Assembly (NCBI GenBank): GCA_021443235.1
Contig: JABUUJ010000013.1
Location: 4,480 to 37,025 of the forward strand
Direction: 5' to 3'
Length of the DNA: 32,546 nucleotides
Source of the DNA: Muribaculaceae bacterium
GTDB lineage: Bacteria > Bacteroidota > Bacteroidia > Bacteroidales > Muribaculaceae
Shown: piece by piece, positions 17,620 to 27,000 of the stretch
Layout of the letters: the number at the start of each line of letters is the position of its first letter
Position numbering within the stretch: position 1 is the stretch's first letter
Translations under genes and position numbers: made by a program
The notes under the pieces: model-generated
The model's database searches: none
Told to the model about the DNA's origin: nothing
Seen by the model: only the letters and a program-made list of their open reading frames with translations

Positions 17620-17755
17620 AAAGAGAAGAGTTTAAAGTTTATTGTTTAATGTAAAGAGAAAAGTTTAGAGTTTATTGTTTATAGAGATTTTCAGGAACTT
17701 GACAAACTTGACAAACTTGACAAACTTGATAAACTTGACAAACTTGATAAACTTC
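17620..17755 (-). repeat. Inverted second copy of the composite 9-mer + heptamer element, starting right after the MATE stop codon
   Basis: AACTTGAYA x6 at 17696-17749 (plus strand); reverse complement continues GAAAATCTCTATAAACAATAAACTCTAAAC...CTCTTT. Confidence 0.9.
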
Positions 17756-19117
17756 CTACTTCTGTGCTGCGATGAGGCCGTTGATGTGCTTGAACTCAAG
17801 GCGCAGCAGGAACAGGGTCACTGCGGTGGCGGCACCGTCGCTCAACGGGAACGACAGCCACACTCCGTTGAGTCCAAACATTGATGGCAGGGTGAACAGT
17901 AGCGGCAACAGGAAGATGACTTGGCGCGTCAGACTCATGAAAATCGACTTCCCGGCGCGTCCCAGCGCTTGGAAGAAGTTGGTGGTGACAACCTGGATGC
18001 CCACCACCCAGAACATCCACATGGTGAGGCGCAGCGCCTGCTCGCCAGCGTCGAGCAGTTGGGCGTCGACGGTAAACATGCTCGTGATGGCGCGGGGACA
18101 CAGTTGGCTGGCGAGCGCACCAGTGGTGCACACCGCCGAGGCGACGCCCACGGTGTACCAGAACGCGCGCTTGAGGCGGTCGAACTGTTGTGCTCCGTAG
18201 TTATATCCCACGATGGGCTGCATGCCCTGTGTTACGCCTATCACAAACATCACGATGAGCTGTGCTATAGCTGTGAAGATGCCTATTGCCGCAACTCCCG
18301 AGTCGCCGCCGTACATATATACAGTGTTGTTAATCACCGCATTGATGACGCAACCGGCAGTGTTGACGATGCATGGAGCCGCACCAATGGCCATGATGGG
18401 GTAGAGGATGCGTCGGTGCAGCCTGAAGGTGCCGCGCCGGAAGTGTATCTCGCTCTTGCGACGCATAAAGTGCGCGATGGTGTAGATGGCTCCCGCAGTC
18501 ATGGCAAGGTCGGTGGCGATGGCTGCGCCCTTGATGCCCCATCCGAGCCAGAAGATGAAGATGGGACAGAAGACCACGTTGAGTCCTGCCACCATGAGCA
18601 TGGTGAGCATGGCCTTCATGGGGTAGCCTGTTGCGCGCATGATGTTGTTGAATGAGTAGGTGATGTTGATAATCACCATGCCGGGCATGAGATAGGTGAG
18701 AAACTCGCGGGCATAGGGCAGCGAGGCGTCGCTGGCTCCAAACAGGCGCAGCATGGGGTCCATGAAGATGGCAAAGAGGCCCACGAGCGCGATGCCCAGC
18801 ACCAGTGTCATCACAAAGCTGTTGCCCAGAATTTCCTCGGCATATTTATGGTCGCCGCGGCCCAGCACAATCGACGTGCGAGCGCTTGCGCCCACCCCAA
18901 TGAGCACGCCAATGGCGGCGTGAATATTGGTCACGGGAAAGGTTATGGCGAGTCCGGCGATGGCGTCGGGTCCCACACCGCGTCCTATGAAGATGCGGTC
19001 AATTATTGTGTAGACCGACATCACCACGATGCCTGTCACAGCGGGCAGGCTATATTTCCACAGCAATCGCCCGATAGGGGCTTTTGCGAGTTCGGTTAAT
19101 CGTTCTGAACTGTTCAT
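17756..19117 (-). CDS. MATE family efflux transporter (MepA-like)
   Basis: IGRLLWKYSLPA, DRIFIGRGVG, RATGYP, GIKGAAIAT, GMQPIVGYNYGA, FFQALG; about 12 TM segments. Confidence 0.92.
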   Translation of the reverse strand: MNSSERLTELAKAPIGRLLWKYSLPAVTGIVVMSVYTIIDRIFIGRGVGPDAIAGLAITFPVTNIHAAIGVLIGVGASARTSIVLGRGDHKYAEEILGNSFVMTLVLGIALVGLFAIFMDPMLRLFGASDASLPYAREFLTYLMPGMVIINITYSFNNIMRATGYPMKAMLTMLMVAGLNVVFCPIFIFWLGWGIKGAAIATDLAMTAGAIYTIAHFMRRKSEIHFRRGTFRLHRRILYPIMAIGAAPCIVNTAGCVINAVINNTVYMYGGDSGVAAIGIFTAIAQLIVMFVIGVTQGMQPIVGYNYGAQQFDRLKRAFWYTVGVASAVCTTGALASQLCPRAITSMFTVDAQLLDAGEQALRLTMWMFWVVGIQVVTTNFFQALGRAGKSIFMSLTRQVIFLLPLLFTLPSMFGLNGVWLSFPLSDGAATAVTLFLLRLEFKHINGLIAAQK

Positions 19118-19301
19118 AGATATTTAATGTGTTTCGGCTAAAAAGAGCGAAACCTCACGAAATTCACAAATTGACTGCAAAGTTACAACAAAAATTGGTC
19201 AAAGAGGCCTCGTTGACGAAAAAAACTGCTCGATAATAGGTTTCTATTGCTCAATAAGTAGTAATTTTGTAGTCGATTTATGAATTAACGAGATTTTTAG
19301 G

Positions 19302-20147
19302 ATGAGGTTAACTGCACGCATTGTCTTTTTTCTGTGTCTGGTTGCTATGGCAACTCAAGCCACTGCACAGATTGTGGAGTATAAGGATGAAGAGCGCATC
19401 AGCGCCGACAGCCTGCTCAGAGCCTATGACAAGCTGCCCTACTTCTCTATCTACAAGGACAATTACTTCACCATAGGCACCACGCTGGGATCACCGCCGT
19501 CGCGCCACAACAGCGACGTGAAGTTCCAGCTGAGTATCGCGCAGCGACTCACCAAGAGTACACTGCCGTGGAAGACCTATGCCTATCTGTTTTTCACCGA
19601 GAAGACGATGTGGAATGTCTTTGAGCCCTCGCTGCCCATGCGCGACCTTAACTTCAACCCTGGCCTGGGAATTGGTAAGTGGCTCATTTCCAAGGATCGA
19701 GTTATAGGCAAGGCTATCCTCACACTTGAGCACGAGAGCAATGGCCGCGACAGTATATGGGACCGCAGCTGGAATAAGCTCTCGCTGGGTGTGGCGTTGT
19801 ATATCGACCCACACTTTATGGTATATGGCAAAGGTTGGCTGGCATATATCGACAGCAAGCAGAATAAGGATATTTTGAGCTATAGTGGTATTTATCAGGC
19901 AGGTTTCCAGTGGATTTCGTCTAACGAGCGTTGGGTGTTTGACTGCACCTTTGTCAAGCGCAAGGGTTGGAACTTCAACGGCAACTGGATTATCAACGCG
20001 GGTTTCCGCCTGTTTAAAAACCACAACCAGTTCCTCATGATACACTACTACAACGGTTATGGCGAGAACCTGCTCGACTATAAGCAGTATCACAACCGCC
20101 TGCGCATAGGGTTGCTCATCAGGCCCAACCTTTTCAGCGACTTTTAG
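19302..20147 (+). CDS. pldA: Outer membrane phospholipase A (OMPLA/PldA family)
   Basis: Signal peptide; YKDNYF, VKFQLS, RDLNFNP, HESNGR...RSWN catalytic motif, YNGYGENLLDY. Confidence 0.85.
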   Translation: MRLTARIVFFLCLVAMATQATAQIVEYKDEERISADSLLRAYDKLPYFSIYKDNYFTIGTTLGSPPSRHNSDVKFQLSIAQRLTKSTLPWKTYAYLFFTEKTMWNVFEPSLPMRDLNFNPGLGIGKWLISKDRVIGKAILTLEHESNGRDSIWDRSWNKLSLGVALYIDPHFMVYGKGWLAYIDSKQNKDILSYSGIYQAGFQWISSNERWVFDCTFVKRKGWNFNGNWIINAGFRLFKNHNQFLMIHYYNGYGENLLDYKQYHNRLRIGLLIRPNLFSDF

Positions 20148-20189
20148 CCGTTGTTGACACCGAACATTCTTAAAACATCAAACAACGAT

Positions 20190-21461
20190 ATGCTTACATT
20201 ACAACTTATCAACGAGAATCCCGAGGCAGTGATTGAGCGCCTGGCGGTCAAGCACTTTGACGCACGCGAGCCCATCATGCGCGTCGTGGAGCTCGACAAG
20301 CAACGCCGCGCCGCACAGAAGCAGCGCGACGACAATGCCGCACAGCTTAACAAGATGGCGGCACAGATTGGCGCACTCATGAAGCAAGGACAGCGCGAGC
20401 AGGCCGAGGCCGTGAAGGCCACCGTGGGCGCGCTCAAAAACACTAACAAAGAAATCGACGAGCGTCTCAAGGCCGCCGAGGCCGAGATTGAGGAAATCCT
20501 TCTCACGGTGCCCAATGTTCCCTACGCTGGTGTGCCCGCGGGCCGCACCGCCGAGGACAATGTGGTGGAAAAGGAAGGCGGACCGATGCCCGTTCTCGAC
20601 GACAACGCACTGCCTCACTGGGACTTGGCAAAGAAGTATAACCTCATCGACTTTGACCTGGGCGTGAAAATCACTGGCGCAGGCTTCCCTGTATACATTG
20701 GCAAGGGTGCCCGCTTGCAGCGAGCCCTCATCCAGTTCTTCCTCGACGAGGCTGGCAAGGCCGGCTATATTGAGGTTGAGCCACCCTATGTGGTCAACGA
20801 GGACTCGGGGCGCGGCACCGGCCAGCTGCCCGACAAGGAAGGCCAGATGTATCACGCTACTGCCGACAATTTCTACCTCATCCCTACCGCCGAGGTGCCT
20901 GTGACCAACATGTATCGTGACGTGATACTTGGCGCCGACGAGCTGCCCAAGATGAATTGCGCTTACTCGGCTTGCTTCCGCCGCGAGGCTGGCAGCTATG
21001 GCAAGGATGTGCGCGGTCTCAACCGCCTGCATCAGTTCGACAAGGTGGAAATCGTGCGCATCGAGAAGCCTGAGGACTCTTACGCAGCTCTCGAGCAGAT
21101 GAAAGACCATGTTCAGGGACTACTTGAGAAACTTGGCCTGCCTTGGCACATCCTGCGCCTGTGTGGCGGCGACATGAGCTTCACAAGCGCCATTACCTTC
21201 GACTTTGAGGTGTGGAGCGCAGCCCAGAAGCGCTGGCTCGAGGTGAGCTCGGTGTCAAACTTTGAGACTTATCAGGCCAACCGCCTGAAGTGCCGCTATC
21301 GTGGCGAGGACAAGAAGACCCACCTGTGCCATACGCTCAACGGGTCGGCGCTGGCATTGCCCCGCATCGTGGCCGCCCTGCTCGAGAACAACCAGACGCC
21401 CGAGGGAATACGCGTTCCCGCGTGCCTGCACAAGTACACCGGCTTCGAAATCATCGATTGA
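20190..21461 (+). CDS. serS: Serine--tRNA ligase
   Basis: N-terminal coiled coil, LIPTAEVP, CFRREAGSYGKDVRGLNRLHQFDKVE, EVSSVSN, HTLNGSALALPR. Confidence 0.97.
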   Translation: MLTLQLINENPEAVIERLAVKHFDAREPIMRVVELDKQRRAAQKQRDDNAAQLNKMAAQIGALMKQGQREQAEAVKATVGALKNTNKEIDERLKAAEAEIEEILLTVPNVPYAGVPAGRTAEDNVVEKEGGPMPVLDDNALPHWDLAKKYNLIDFDLGVKITGAGFPVYIGKGARLQRALIQFFLDEAGKAGYIEVEPPYVVNEDSGRGTGQLPDKEGQMYHATADNFYLIPTAEVPVTNMYRDVILGADELPKMNCAYSACFRREAGSYGKDVRGLNRLHQFDKVEIVRIEKPEDSYAALEQMKDHVQGLLEKLGLPWHILRLCGGDMSFTSAITFDFEVWSAAQKRWLEVSSVSNFETYQANRLKCRYRGEDKKTHLCHTLNGSALALPRIVAALLENNQTPEGIRVPACLHKYTGFEIID

Positions 21462-21490
21462 CGTTGACTTTGAGGTCATCATGATATATC

Positions 21491-21520
21491 GCACAGCGCC
21501 CCGCGGCGCTGTGTGTTTTT
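21491..21520 (+). terminator. Intrinsic terminator after serS
   Basis: CACAGCGCC / GGCGCTGTG followed by a T run. Confidence 0.75.
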
Positions 21521-21552
21521 ATCGCCCTTGATGAACTAAAACTGCGTGTAAA

Positions 21553-21609
21553 TGTAACAAAAATGTAACATTTTTATTTGGCGTGAGAGAAAAATTTGTA
21601 TTAACTTTG
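21553..21609 (+). promoter_or_regulatory. Promoter of the Na/Pi cotransporter with an upstream Pho-box-like direct repeat
   Basis: TGTAACA at 21553 and 21564 (11-bp period), TTTG 21577-80, TAACTTTG 21602-09. Confidence 0.6.
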
Positions 21610-21680
21610 TAACATGAACCAATAGCGCCACACGGCGTGAAAAGCTTATCAATTATTCACTACAATTTTACTCTACTTAC

Positions 21681-23486
21681 ATGGATTATTCCATTCTTGA
21701 TTTTCTTGCTTTAATTGGCGCCGTTTGCCTCTTCCTTTATGGTATGAAGGTGATGTCGGAAGGCCTCCAGAAGGCTGCTGGTAACAGTCTGCGTTCCATC
21801 CTCTCGGCCATGACACGCAACCGTCTCATGGGTGTAATCACAGGTATCTTGATCACTGCTCTCATCCAGAGCTCGTCGGCATCAACGGTGATGGTGGTGA
21901 GCTTTGTGAACGCCGGTCTCATGACGCTCGAGCAGAGTATGGCGGTGATTATGGGTGCAAACGTGGGTACTACATTCACCGCATGGATTGTGTCGATATT
22001 TGGCTTCAAGGTAAATATGGGCACGGTGCTTATGCCCATCCTTGCCTTTGCGGTGCCCATGATGTTCATGAAGAAAAACAAGACCAAGTCGATAGGCGAG
22101 TTCCTCATTGGCTTCGTGTTCCTGTTTATGGGCCTGTCGCTCATCAGCGAGAATGTGCCCGACCTGAGCAAGTCGCCCGAGATCTTTGAGTCGCTCAAGG
22201 CCTACACCTCGATGGGCTTTGCCTCGGTGGTGCTGTTCTGGATTGTGGGTGTAGTAATTACGGCTGTGATTCAGTCAAGCGCCGCGACCTTTGCCATCGT
22301 GCTCATCCTTGCCGCCAAGGGTTGGGTGCCCTTCGACATGGCGTGCGCCATGGTGCTGGGTAGCAATGTGGGTACGACGATTACTCCCGTGCTTGCTTCG
22401 CTGGGTGGTAATGCCGCAGCGCGCAAGGCCGCAATGGGCCATGTGCTGTTTAACCTGCTGGGCGCGGTGTGGCAAATTCCGTTGTTCTACTTCATCGTGA
22501 AGTTTGTGGTGTGGCTCAACCTTGCCGTTTTCCATGTGGGTGACCCCAACGAACTATATAATGTGGCCAATGCCGGTGGTGCCACCGAGGCGCAGCTGGC
22601 TGGCATGTCGTTTGCGATGTCGTTTGGCATGTCGATGTTCCACACTGTTCTCAATGCTGTCAACCTGCTGATAATGATTTGGGTCACAGGTTTGTATGTA
22701 AAGCTTGTGAATATCATCGTGAAGTCGAAGAAGCATACCGAGGAGGAAGAGTTCAAGCTCAAATACATCTCGGTGGGTATGCTCAGCGCTGCCGAGCTCA
22801 ATATCTCGCAGGCTCAGCGCGAAATCGTGGTTTATGCGCAGCGTGTTGAGGAGATGCTGGGCCTGGTTAAGCAACTGGTTCACACCAAGACTGGCACCGA
22901 GGAGTTTAACAACAAGTTCACACGCGTGGGCAAGCTTGAGGACGCTTGCGACCGCATGGAGATTGAGATTGCCAACTTCCTTAACGAGGTGGTGGGCGGC
23001 CGTCTGTCGCTTGAGGCCAAGCACCAGGTGGCAATGATGCTCAACATCGTGAGCGAGCTCGAGAGCATTGCCGACAGCTGCAACAACGTGGCTAAGACGC
23101 TGGTGCGCAAGGAGGAGGCTCACGCTCACTTCAGCGAGTATAACTACAAGAACATCGACACTATCTTGCGTTATGCCAGCGAGGCAATGACCAGCATGAT
23201 ACCGCTGCTCACCGATATCGATAACGTAACGGCCGAGGACCTCATGCGCAACTACGACAAGGAGCGTGAAATCAACAATTTCCGCAACCTGTGCCGCACC
23301 GAGAACATCGAGAAGATCAACCAGCAGGAATATCCCTATCAGGCAGGTATCTTCTACATGGATATCATTTGCGAGGTTGAGAAGTTGGCCGACTATATCG
23401 TTAACGTGATCGACAGCATTGACGAGCAGATTTCGCGTAATGCCCACGATGGCATCCATGCTGAGGTCCATAATCCCGAAAAATAG
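21681..23486 (+). CDS. Na+/phosphate cotransporter family protein with PhoU-like C-terminal domains
   Basis: LFLYGMKVMSEGLQK, QSSSA..VMVVSFVNAG, GANVGTT, second QSSAA / GSNVGTT repeat; ELESIAD and EKLADY PhoU motifs. Confidence 0.92.
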   Translation: MDYSILDFLALIGAVCLFLYGMKVMSEGLQKAAGNSLRSILSAMTRNRLMGVITGILITALIQSSSASTVMVVSFVNAGLMTLEQSMAVIMGANVGTTFTAWIVSIFGFKVNMGTVLMPILAFAVPMMFMKKNKTKSIGEFLIGFVFLFMGLSLISENVPDLSKSPEIFESLKAYTSMGFASVVLFWIVGVVITAVIQSSAATFAIVLILAAKGWVPFDMACAMVLGSNVGTTITPVLASLGGNAAARKAAMGHVLFNLLGAVWQIPLFYFIVKFVVWLNLAVFHVGDPNELYNVANAGGATEAQLAGMSFAMSFGMSMFHTVLNAVNLLIMIWVTGLYVKLVNIIVKSKKHTEEEEFKLKYISVGMLSAAELNISQAQREIVVYAQRVEEMLGLVKQLVHTKTGTEEFNNKFTRVGKLEDACDRMEIEIANFLNEVVGGRLSLEAKHQVAMMLNIVSELESIADSCNNVAKTLVRKEEAHAHFSEYNYKNIDTILRYASEAMTSMIPLLTDIDNVTAEDLMRNYDKEREINNFRNLCRTENIEKINQQEYPYQAGIFYMDIICEVEKLADYIVNVIDSIDEQISRNAHDGIHAEVHNPEK

Positions 23487-23600
23487 AAATAGATTTTAAG
23501 TGTTCGGCCGTCGGCAACCGATGTTGTGGGCGGCCATTTTTTGTGGATTAACCTCGTTGTTTTGCTGCGATATTGCCAATTTTTTATTACTTTTGTGGTC

Positions 23601-25178
23601 ATGAAAGACCGATTAATACTATTGTTGATGTGTGCGTGTGCTGCGATGGTGACAACAGCCGCCCCTGCGCTGCCCATTGAGCAACTGCTCAACCAATTTG
23701 ACAAAGCTAATGGCAATGAGCGGGTGAATATAGCCAACCAATTGTTTGAGAAGCATTTCGCCGAAATTGCCGACACTGTTTATCGCTATGACAACAATGT
23801 TAATCAAGAATATCTTGAGAGCCAAGTCTATGTGTGGGCGGCCAATGAGGCCGTTGAACGCGCCAAGTATGACCAGGCTGCGATTTATCTTAATCGCGCC
23901 CTGCCGCTGTGCCGCGCCCATTGCAACGATGAGGAGTTGGGCGACTGCCTGTCGCTGCTGGGCATTGCCTACATGCGATTGGGCGACCTTCCCACGGCAA
24001 TCAAGTATCAGGAGGAATGTCTTGAACTTGACCGCAAGGGTGGTGACAAAGAGCTAATTAGCTCATCGCTAAATAATGTGGCGGGCACCTGCCTCTCGGC
24101 GGGCATGGTCAATCATGCCGTGAAATATATCGAGGAGGCTATCAAGGTGGAGCGGACGCTCAACCGCCCCGCTGTCCTGGCGATACGCCTGGGTATGGCG
24201 AGCGAAATCTATATCAAGATGGGTCATAACCAAAAGGCTCTTGAATTTGCCAAGGAGGCATTAGCCGTTGAGCAGCAGGGCGGTAAACCCGAGAAGGTGC
24301 CAGTGCGCAAGAGTCAGCTCGCCGCCGTCTACAATGCGATGGGCAACAATGCCGAGGCGCTGAAACTGCTGTCGCAGGCCGAGACCGAGTTGCGTAAAAC
24401 CACCAACATCAACTCGCTGGCCATTGTTCTCAACCAGATTGGCAACATTGAGCTTGACCATGGCAATAGCGCTGCCGCGGCAGCTCATTTGCGCGAGAGC
24501 GTGAATCTGTGCCAGCAAACGGGCAATCAGGCTATTGAGTTGAAGGCAAGGCAGATGCTGTGCACTGCGTTGCGTGTGAGCGATCCTCATGCGGCTCTTG
24601 TCGAGCTTGAGAAATATGCCGCGCTCAAGGATAGCATCTATAACGAGCAGGCCGCCCAGAGCATGTCGCTCTTCAATGTGAAATATGAGACTGCCGAGCG
24701 CGAGAACAACATCAACATGCTGCAGCAGCAGGTGCGCAGCAACCGCCTCATGCTGGGTATTCTGGGCGTTGTGTTGCTGGCGGCAATCGTTGTGAGCCTG
24801 CTGCTGGCACGCTTGGCACGTCAGCGCGAGATGCGCAACAAGACGCTCATCAAGGCCAATCTTCTCAAGGATCAGCTGCTCGAGATCGCGCAACAGCAAC
24901 TCGACAACCTCCCGGTTGAGCAGCAGGAGCAACTTGTGCAGGTGGCTCACGAGATGGGCAGCATGGGCGATATGCCGCAGGTGAAAATCACTCGCCGTGA
25001 GCGCGAGGTGATGCAGCTGTGCTGCGAGGGAATGCTCGCCAAAGAGATTGCCGACAGGCTCAACATCTCGCAGCGCACCGTCGAGACCCACAAGAACAAT
25101 CTTTTCAAAAAACTGGGCATCAACAACACCGTCGAGCTGGTGAGATATGCCCAGGCGATTGGCGCGGTCAGGGCATGA
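23601..25178 (+). CDS. One-component regulator: signal peptide, periplasmic TPR sensor, TM helix, LuxR-type HTH
   Basis: TPR-like repeats (SLLGIAY..LGD...AI.Y...L), ALKDSIY...YET motif, TM segment, ITRREREVMQL..G...KEIADRLNISQRTVETHKNNLFKKLG. Confidence 0.88.
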   Translation: MKDRLILLLMCACAAMVTTAAPALPIEQLLNQFDKANGNERVNIANQLFEKHFAEIADTVYRYDNNVNQEYLESQVYVWAANEAVERAKYDQAAIYLNRALPLCRAHCNDEELGDCLSLLGIAYMRLGDLPTAIKYQEECLELDRKGGDKELISSSLNNVAGTCLSAGMVNHAVKYIEEAIKVERTLNRPAVLAIRLGMASEIYIKMGHNQKALEFAKEALAVEQQGGKPEKVPVRKSQLAAVYNAMGNNAEALKLLSQAETELRKTTNINSLAIVLNQIGNIELDHGNSAAAAAHLRESVNLCQQTGNQAIELKARQMLCTALRVSDPHAALVELEKYAALKDSIYNEQAAQSMSLFNVKYETAERENNINMLQQQVRSNRLMLGILGVVLLAAIVVSLLLARLARQREMRNKTLIKANLLKDQLLEIAQQQLDNLPVEQQEQLVQVAHEMGSMGDMPQVKITRREREVMQLCCEGMLAKEIADRLNISQRTVETHKNNLFKKLGINNTVELVRYAQAIGAVRA

Positions 25179-25198
25179 GAATGTTGCGTAAATTACCG

Positions 25199-25226
25199 AA
25201 AAATGCCGTTGAAATGGGCATTTTTT
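25199..25226 (+). terminator. Probable terminator after the TPR-LuxR gene
   Basis: AAAAATGCC / GGCATTTTT inverted repeat. Confidence 0.5.
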
Positions 25227-25394
25227 GTACGTAAATATACGCAGAAACGCTATTTTCGTGTTTCCAAATTTGGAGTAAGTTGAGGTTATTGACTAAGTTT
25301 GCATCAAGAAAAATCAAGATGCCCCATCTTACTACTAAACTTGGAAACTACTTTTTTTAGATTAGGGAATTATTAACACAGAAAAATTGCCAAA

Positions 25395-25434
25395 AAAATG
25401 CGAGCAACTCCACAGTTGGAGTCCTCGCATTTTT
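25395..25434. terminator. Bidirectional terminator downstream of the aminotransferase
   Basis: AAAAATGCGAG.AACTCC / GGAGT.CTCGCATTTTT inverted repeat. Confidence 0.7.
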
Positions 25435-25468
25435 ACTTTGCGCCGGGCGCGATTGCGCGGTGGCGTTT

Positions 25469-26668
25469 TTATTTGCCAGCCTTGTTATATTCCTCAAGAG
25501 CCTTCTCAAGCACAACGAGCGCGCGCTTGAGGTCGTCGATCTTGAGCACATAGGCCATGCGCACCTGGTTCTTTCCTGCGCCCTTGGTGGCGTAGAAACC
25601 TGTGGCGGGAGCCATCATCACTGTCTCGCCCTCGTAGCTGAACTTCTCAAGGCACCACTGGCAGAAGGCATCGCTGTCGTCGACGGGCAGTGACACCACT
25701 GTGTAGAACGCTCCCATGGGCATAGGCGAATACACGCCGGGGATGCGGTTCAGCCCCTCAACAAGGCAGTTGCGGCGAGCGATATACTCGTCGTAAACGG
25801 CTTTGTGGTAGGCCTGTGGGGTGTCGATTGAGGCCTCGGCAACAACCTGGCCGATGAGCGGTGGGCTGAGGCGAGCCTGGGCAAACTTCATCACTGCTGC
25901 GCGCAGGGCTGCGTTGCGGGTGATGAGGGCGCCAATGCGGATGCCGCACTCGCTGTAACGCTTTGACACCGAGTCAATCATCACCACGTTGTCCTCAATG
26001 CCCTCAAGGTGCATGGCGCTCACATAGGGCTGGTCGCTATAGACATACTCGCGGTAAACCTCGTCGGCCAGCAGGTAGAGGTCGTATTTCTTCACCAGGT
26101 CGCGCAGTTGCTCGAGCTCCTCGCGGGTGTAGAGTGTGCCGGTGGGGTTGTTGGGGTTGCAAATCATGATGGCGCGGGTGCGCTCGTTGATGAGTTTCTC
26201 AAACTCGGCCACGCTGGGCAGTGCGAATCCGTCTTCAATGTGTGTTGTGATAGTGCGCACCACGGCGCCGGTCTCGCAGGCAAAGCCCATGTAGTTGGCA
26301 TAGGCGGGTTCGGGGATAATGACCTCATCGCCAGGGTTTAGGCAAGCCATAAATGCAAACTGCACGGCTTCGCTGCCGCCGCAGGTCACGATAATGTCCT
26401 GAGCTGTGAGGTTGATATTATACTTGGCATAGTAGCCCACCATCTTGTCGAGGTAGGACTGGTAGCCCTGTGAGGGCGAGTACTCAAGCACCTTGCGGTC
26501 GATGTTTTTGAGCGCGTCAAGCCCTTCTTGCGGTGTGGGAAGGTCGGGCTGCCCGATGTTAAGGTGATAGACTTTCACGCCGCGAGCCTTGGCTGCCACC
26601 GCATAGGGCGCCAGTTTGCGGATAGGAGATGCGGGCATGTCGATGCCTCGTTGTGAGATTTTTGGCAT
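25469..26668 (-). CDS. Class I/II PLP-dependent aminotransferase (aspartate aminotransferase-like)
   Basis: LNIGQPD, GGSEA, CNPNNPTG, ADEVY, DSVSKRYSECGIRIG (PLP lysine). Confidence 0.93.
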   Translation of the reverse strand: MPKISQRGIDMPASPIRKLAPYAVAAKARGVKVYHLNIGQPDLPTPQEGLDALKNIDRKVLEYSPSQGYQSYLDKMVGYYAKYNINLTAQDIIVTCGGSEAVQFAFMACLNPGDEVIIPEPAYANYMGFACETGAVVRTITTHIEDGFALPSVAEFEKLINERTRAIMICNPNNPTGTLYTREELEQLRDLVKKYDLYLLADEVYREYVYSDQPYVSAMHLEGIEDNVVMIDSVSKRYSECGIRIGALITRNAALRAAVMKFAQARLSPPLIGQVVAEASIDTPQAYHKAVYDEYIARRNCLVEGLNRIPGVYSPMPMGAFYTVVSLPVDDSDAFCQWCLEKFSYEGETVMMAPATGFYATKGAGKNQVRMAYVLKIDDLKRALVVLEKALEEYNKAGK

Positions 26669-26837
26669 AATATTATGGGTATTATTGGTTTGATGTTTTC
26701 AAGGTGCTAAATTACAAAATTTTTCTCACACTGCCCAATTTCCACCCCTAAAAATCCACAACACCGTCCACCACCCTGTTACAGTAACGTTTTTCTCAGG
26801 GGAATTGACTGAATTTGCAGTGGTATTTTGAGTCCAA

Positions 26838-26926
26838 AAAACTCTACATCTGGGGGAGTGAAAACTCTACATCTGGGGGAGTGAAATCTCTACATCTGGG
26901 GGAGTGAAAACCCTATATCTGGGGGA
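26838..26926. repeat. Four tandem copies of 23-bp AAAACTCTACATCTGGGGGAGTG
   Basis: Copies at 26838, 26861, 26884 (1 mismatch), 26907 (2 mismatches, truncated). Confidence 0.95.
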
Positions 26927-26941
26927 AAAATTTCAAAAAAA

Positions 26942-26973
26942 TTTGTTTTTTTGTGCTGATTTACTTAACTTTG
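26942..26973 (+). promoter_or_regulatory. Primary-sigma promoter of the second ATPase
   Basis: TTTG 26942-45, 20-bp spacer, TAACTTTG 26966-73. Confidence 0.65.
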
Positions 26974-27000
26974 CATCATATTTATAATAGAGTAAAAAAC

